A stretch of 19,773 nucleotides of DNA from assembly GCA_016839815.1 (NCBI GenBank), contig JAEOTM010000109.1, forward strand, positions 1 through 19,773, in the 5' to 3' direction. The notes below the pieces were generated by a model. That model worked only from the letters and a program-made list of their open reading frames with translations, ran no database searches and was not told the DNA's origin. Position numbers and translations under genes: made by a program. Of the stretch, positions 16,362 through 19,773 are shown in pieces. The DNA comes from Candidatus Hodarchaeota archaeon (GTDB lineage: Archaea; Asgardarchaeota; Heimdallarchaeia; Hodarchaeales; Hodarchaeaceae). Positions within the stretch are counted from its first letter, which is position 1; each line of letters opens with the position of its first letter.

Positions 16362-16457
16362 TTAGCATGGATTGTTGATAGAGATATTCTACTAAGATGA
16401 GATTCATCCTCTAATTTAATAACAATAAATCCCAAGAGTAGGGGTACGAACAATTCC

Positions 16458-17369
16458 TTATTTCTTGGAATCTAAGCTGAATAGAACTTGAATATCATTT
16501 AGGGAAGCTCCAAGATCCTCTGCCACCTTGGATGCTATATCTTTATTTGTAAAGGAGTTAAATAATAAAGGTTCTTTCCATTGCTGCTCCTTGCAATGTA
16601 GAGCAATTTCCCTTAAAAGAGGTTTCCAACTATCTTCAAATCCAGGACGAATAGCAGTAAATCGTACAATTATTCCATCTTCAAGATAACCTCGTAAGGG
16701 TGCTCCCGCCGCAACCAGGAGATTTTCTTTAAAGATCATTATTAAATGATTATCTGGTATAACCCGATTCTTAAAATAAGAATTCCAAGCATCATCATCT
16801 GAAAAGGCTTCCTTAATATTTGAATCACTCTTACACAACTGAATAAGAGAAGGGATATCATTCATTTCACCCATTCTGGGCGAAAATTCGGTATCTGTAC
16901 CTCTTTTCATTTGACTAACATCCAATGAATAGAAGAATGCCTTATCTTTTAGAGAGAATCCTTTACGTTTAGCAAACTCAGTTTGTCGTTCCCATGTTTC
17001 TGTAAAATAACCCATAACAATTTCATTATCTGGAAATTTGTTTGCCACATACTCAAGCATCTCGTCGAACAGAAATTCTTGTACTTCTGGTGGACAATGT
17101 TCTAATGCCCAGGGGTAACCAATCCATGTTTGAGGGGGAGATTTATTAAATGTTGTTTGGATATACGCTAATGGTTCTTCCTGTTCATCCAATGCATAGC
17201 GAACACCGAACTTGTCTTTTTTTTCCGCAATATAACGTTGTTTAATTTGCTCTGCTGTAGTTTCCCCAAATGCGGATTTAGGATTTCTTGTTAATTCATC
17301 ATTATAGATTCGTGCTTGGAGCTCTTCGAAACCCTGATCAGGTTCATAGTAGCGATAAATAACTTTCAT
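16458..17369 (-). CDS. Hypothetical cytoplasmic protein, probable tandem GNAT-like fold
   Basis: 303-aa ORF with two halves showing GNAT-like order: IYRYYEP...RYALDEQEEPLAYI...FAKRKGFSLK, and PRMGEMNDIPSLIQL...MIFKENLLVAAG...VAEDLGAS. The canonical acetyl-CoA motif is not clear. Confidence 0.55.
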   Translation of the reverse strand: MKVIYRYYEPDQGFEELQARIYNDELTRNPKSAFGETTAEQIKQRYIAEKKDKFGVRYALDEQEEPLAYIQTTFNKSPPQTWIGYPWALEHCPPEVQEFLFDEMLEYVANKFPDNEIVMGYFTETWERQTEFAKRKGFSLKDKAFFYSLDVSQMKRGTDTEFSPRMGEMNDIPSLIQLCKSDSNIKEAFSDDDAWNSYFKNRVIPDNHLIMIFKENLLVAAGAPLRGYLEDGIIVRFTAIRPGFEDSWKPLLREIALHCKEQQWKEPLLFNSFTNKDIASKVAEDLGASLNDIQVLFSLDSKK

Positions 17370-17514
17370 CCTTATCAGAATTCATTTTCTCATCAGGATT
17401 TTAATAAATCTAGGATAATGGCAATTTCGAAATGGACGAAATACGTAAATTCTGAACAATTACTTGACTACTACTTGACTACATCATGCTCAGAGATATA
17501 ATATCGGAATAGCT

Positions 17515-17552
17515 AAAAAAGAGAGAGGGTGAAGGAAATTATTTCTTCCTTC
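17515..17552 (-). terminator. Hairpin plus pyrimidine/oligo-T terminator
   Basis: Minus strand after the stop reads GAAGGAA-GAAATAAT-TTCCTTC (17552-17531) and then ACCCTCTCTCTTTTTT. Confidence 0.65.
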
Positions 17553-17559
17553 TTTAATT

Positions 17560-17637
17560 TTACTTACGTCGCTTTCGTGCCCTATAATAGGAAATTCCTA
17601 CAGCTGTGATTACTACCACTATCATTTCAAACCCAGG
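17560..17637 (-). other. PGF-CTERM (PGFE variant) sorting signal
   Basis: PGFE, then hydrophobic MIVVVITAVGISYY, then RARKRRK and stop. Confidence 0.85.
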
Positions 17638-19773
17638 AGCGGATTTTTTCATTTCTGCAGGAGTGATCTTCTTAACCACAAGATCTTTCTGTTTAACTTC
17701 GTTATCGCTAACTGTGTTATTGTAATCTTGATTTAACTGAAAGTCTAGTGGTGTGGCGGGAAGTTTTGATATTACTACCTGAAGCGTTCCGTTGTAAAGT
17801 GCTACTTGACGCTCTAGATCGATGAAAAGATAAGTCATATCTGATACAGTAAGAATCAACATGGTTTGCCAAGTTTTAAAATCATCAGAATCAGACATAT
17901 ATGTCCCAAAGATATCTAGATCCCGTAAATTTCCACCGTGAGCGTGAATTCGGTTCTCAAAAGAAAGATTGAGACTAGCAGAGGCAGAATAATTTCCAAT
18001 TAGATTCACTGTAATATTGTAGATACTATTACGATCTAAGTTAAGAGGGATACCAAATACTAGGTCGTCATCATCAGTTTGAACCTCATTTGTAGCGAAA
18101 CTTGAAGTACTACTTATAGGCGACTTGGGAATGAACGTTCCAGCAAAGCCTGTTGGCCCAAACGCACTTGAATATCCTGAAAATGTTAATGGGGCCCAAG
18201 ATTGATCAATCGCTTCATTAGTAGTGATTTTAAGTGTACCTGCAAACTCTGATAGCGCAGCAGGGGTAATATTTTGAGCAGATGTCGGATACACCACAAG
18301 AATCGGCGTGTCATAATCTCTTGTGGGAATGTAAGTAACAACGGGAGTATTATTAGAGGAAGGCCATGCATTCCAAACCCCGTCTGTTTCCCGATTTCCC
18401 AACGTTGTACTACTTGAACCTGTGGTTACTAATTCATTATATTTGCTAACAATTGTATATCCATACGTAATTGACTGATTGATATGATCAGTGGTTGAGA
18501 GATTTGCGAAATTTACTCGATTCTTTGTCAGTGGTAATTCGATGGCAAAAATACTATCTTGATCCACTGAATAAGGTAATGTTTGTGGTGCTTCAACTTG
18601 GACCATATTAACGCGAATTTCGTCATCAACATTGAAATTTGAAAACTCAATTGCGTACGATCCACTTGGAATGTACCGCCATGATGTTCCAAAGAAATTT
18701 TCATTTGCCTCATAGAACCATTGTCCAGGTGCTCCTTCTACATAAATATCATAATCAAAGTTGATTGATGAGTTAAATCGCAGAACAGCAGGGGAAGATA
18801 ATGTGAAATCATAGTATAAAGAATGTTCAGGGGCTATGTCTACATTAAAGCTTAAAGGTTCTGTTTCTTGAAGAGCAAATTGAGTAATCTCTTGGAAGAA
18901 AATTGAATACGAGCCATGGGCCTCTCCAGGTGAATACATGAAAAGTATGATTCCTTCATCCTTTGTAGCTCGGATAGAAAGACCTTCTTGGTCTAATGCT
19001 CCTGAAAGGACTTCAAAGTGTTTACCTATTAAGCTGGTTATCGGTTGACTACTAAGGACTCCTGGTTTAACCTCGTCCATTTCAAAAACAGTGTTAATGC
19101 GATAGTATTTATCTTCTTCAACGGTAAGATTGAACATTCTTAAACTAAACATTTCATTTTCTGGTTCAACTAATTGATCTGTTCTATCATCCTTGTACCA
19201 AGGAGTCCCTTGATCGAATTCTTCCGAAAAAATAGTATCAACATCTAATTCTGGGAACCAAGAGGGAAACTCCCATTCATGGGGTGTTAGGGTTACTAGT
19301 GTCGAATCATTGGTTATCAGCATGAATTCCTGAACACCCCCGTTCATCGGAATAAATGGATAAGTCATTCTACTCTCGGGAACTCCAACAGTATAGCCAC
19401 CTAAGGGGTATGTTGCAGTAAACCAGAGGTCACCTTCGGCTTTGCTATTGCTAAATGATACATCAAGGAAAAAACTTTCATTAGTTTTTACAAATCCTCT
19501 GTAAAGCGTTCCACCTTCAGCGAAGAATGTTGACGCATAATCTTCATGAAGGGAGATAGAAGATTTTTGAGAGGCTAAAAATTCAGCATCTTTATTTGAC
19601 TCTATTCGTACCGCCCGAGGATACATCGTGCTACCAAAGAAGTTATGACTGGAACTCCGAACATCATCATATAATAATGAGGAAGAAACAATATACTCAC
19701 CTCGTGTAAGTGATCTATCATAATCAGCAAAGTTATTTGTACCTACATCTGTATACTGTGCTGATCCTGATAC
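17560..19773 (-). CDS. PGF-CTERM-anchored beta-rich surface protein of unknown function; 5' end outside window
   Basis: The frame stays open from ATG 19626 to the window edge (VSGSAQYTDVGTNNFADYDRSLTRGEYIVSSSLLYDDVRSSSHNFFGST-M), so 19626 is probably an internal Met; no signal peptide follows it. C-terminus SAPGFEMIVVVITAVGISYYRARKRRK. Repeated beta-sandwich-like segments and many sequons. Confidence 0.85.
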   Translation of the reverse strand, partial: VSGSAQYTDVGTNNFADYDRSLTRGEYIVSSSLLYDDVRSSSHNFFGSTMYPRAVRIESNKDAEFLASQKSSISLHEDYASTFFAEGGTLYRGFVKTNESFFLDVSFSNSKAEGDLWFTATYPLGGYTVGVPESRMTYPFIPMNGGVQEFMLITNDSTLVTLTPHEWEFPSWFPELDVDTIFSEEFDQGTPWYKDDRTDQLVEPENEMFSLRMFNLTVEEDKYYRINTVFEMDEVKPGVLSSQPITSLIGKHFEVLSGALDQEGLSIRATKDEGIILFMYSPGEAHGSYSIFFQEITQFALQETEPLSFNVDIAPEHSLYYDFTLSSPAVLRFNSSINFDYDIYVEGAPGQWFYEANENFFGTSWRYIPSGSYAIEFSNFNVDDEIRVNMVQVEAPQTLPYSVDQDSIFAIELPLTKNRVNFANLSTTDHINQSITYGYTIVSKYNELVTTGSSSTTLGNRETDGVWNAWPSSNNTPVVTYIPTRDYDTPILVVYPTSAQNITPAALSEFAGTLKITTNEAIDQSWAPLTFSGYSSAFGPTGFAGTFIPKSPISSTSSFATNEVQTDDDDLVFGIPLNLDRNSIYNITVNLIGNYSASASLNLSFENRIHAHGGNLRDLDIFGTYMSDSDDFKTWQTMLILTVSDMTYLFIDLERQVALYNGTLQVVISKLPATPLDFQLNQDYNNTVSDNEVKQKDLVVKKITPAEMKKSAPGFEMIVVVITAVGISYYRARKRRK

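Noticed and set aside
16396-16408. GATGA-GAT-TCATC hairpin between convergent GH13 and GNAT-like genes as a bidirectional terminator
   Set aside because: Only a 5-bp stem with no flanking T-tracts, so it could easily arise by chance.
17316-18713. Short ORFs 17316-17501, 18186-18371 and 18528-18713
   Set aside because: They overlap real genes or the promoter gap, use non-ATG or weak starts, and show no recognisable features.

Overview
AT-rich archaeal-type window. Evidence: two PGF-CTERM archaeosortase signals, a DUF2116 Zn-ribbon protein, GAGG/GGAGG ribosome-binding sites, TATA-like boxes and oligo-T terminators. An Asgard origin (Heimdall/Hodarchaeales-like) is plausible but is only an inference. 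Left part: two tandem LolD/MacB-type ABC ATPases (+, first truncated) run tail-to-tail into a minus-strand operon of DUF2116 protein, stand-alone PqqD/RRE protein and a ~1000-aa atypical FtsX/MacB permease. Diverging from that operon's promoter region are three large, acidic, membrane-anchored surface proteins built from repeated glucodextranase-type DOMON-like and Ig-like modules, with no catalytic domain I can recognise. They are followed by a cytoplasmic GH13 MalZ/neopullulanase-like alpha-glucan hydrolase. Right part: a tandem-GNAT-like protein and a second, 5'-truncated PGF-CTERM surface protein on the minus strand. Best candidate for an undescribed system: an archaeal alpha-glucan capture locus (surface binding-module array plus internal GH13) linked to an RRE-containing MacB/FtsX-type ABC machine, with no RiPP enzymes and no classical MalEFG importer in view. 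No rRNA, tRNA, CRISPR array or mobile element was seen.
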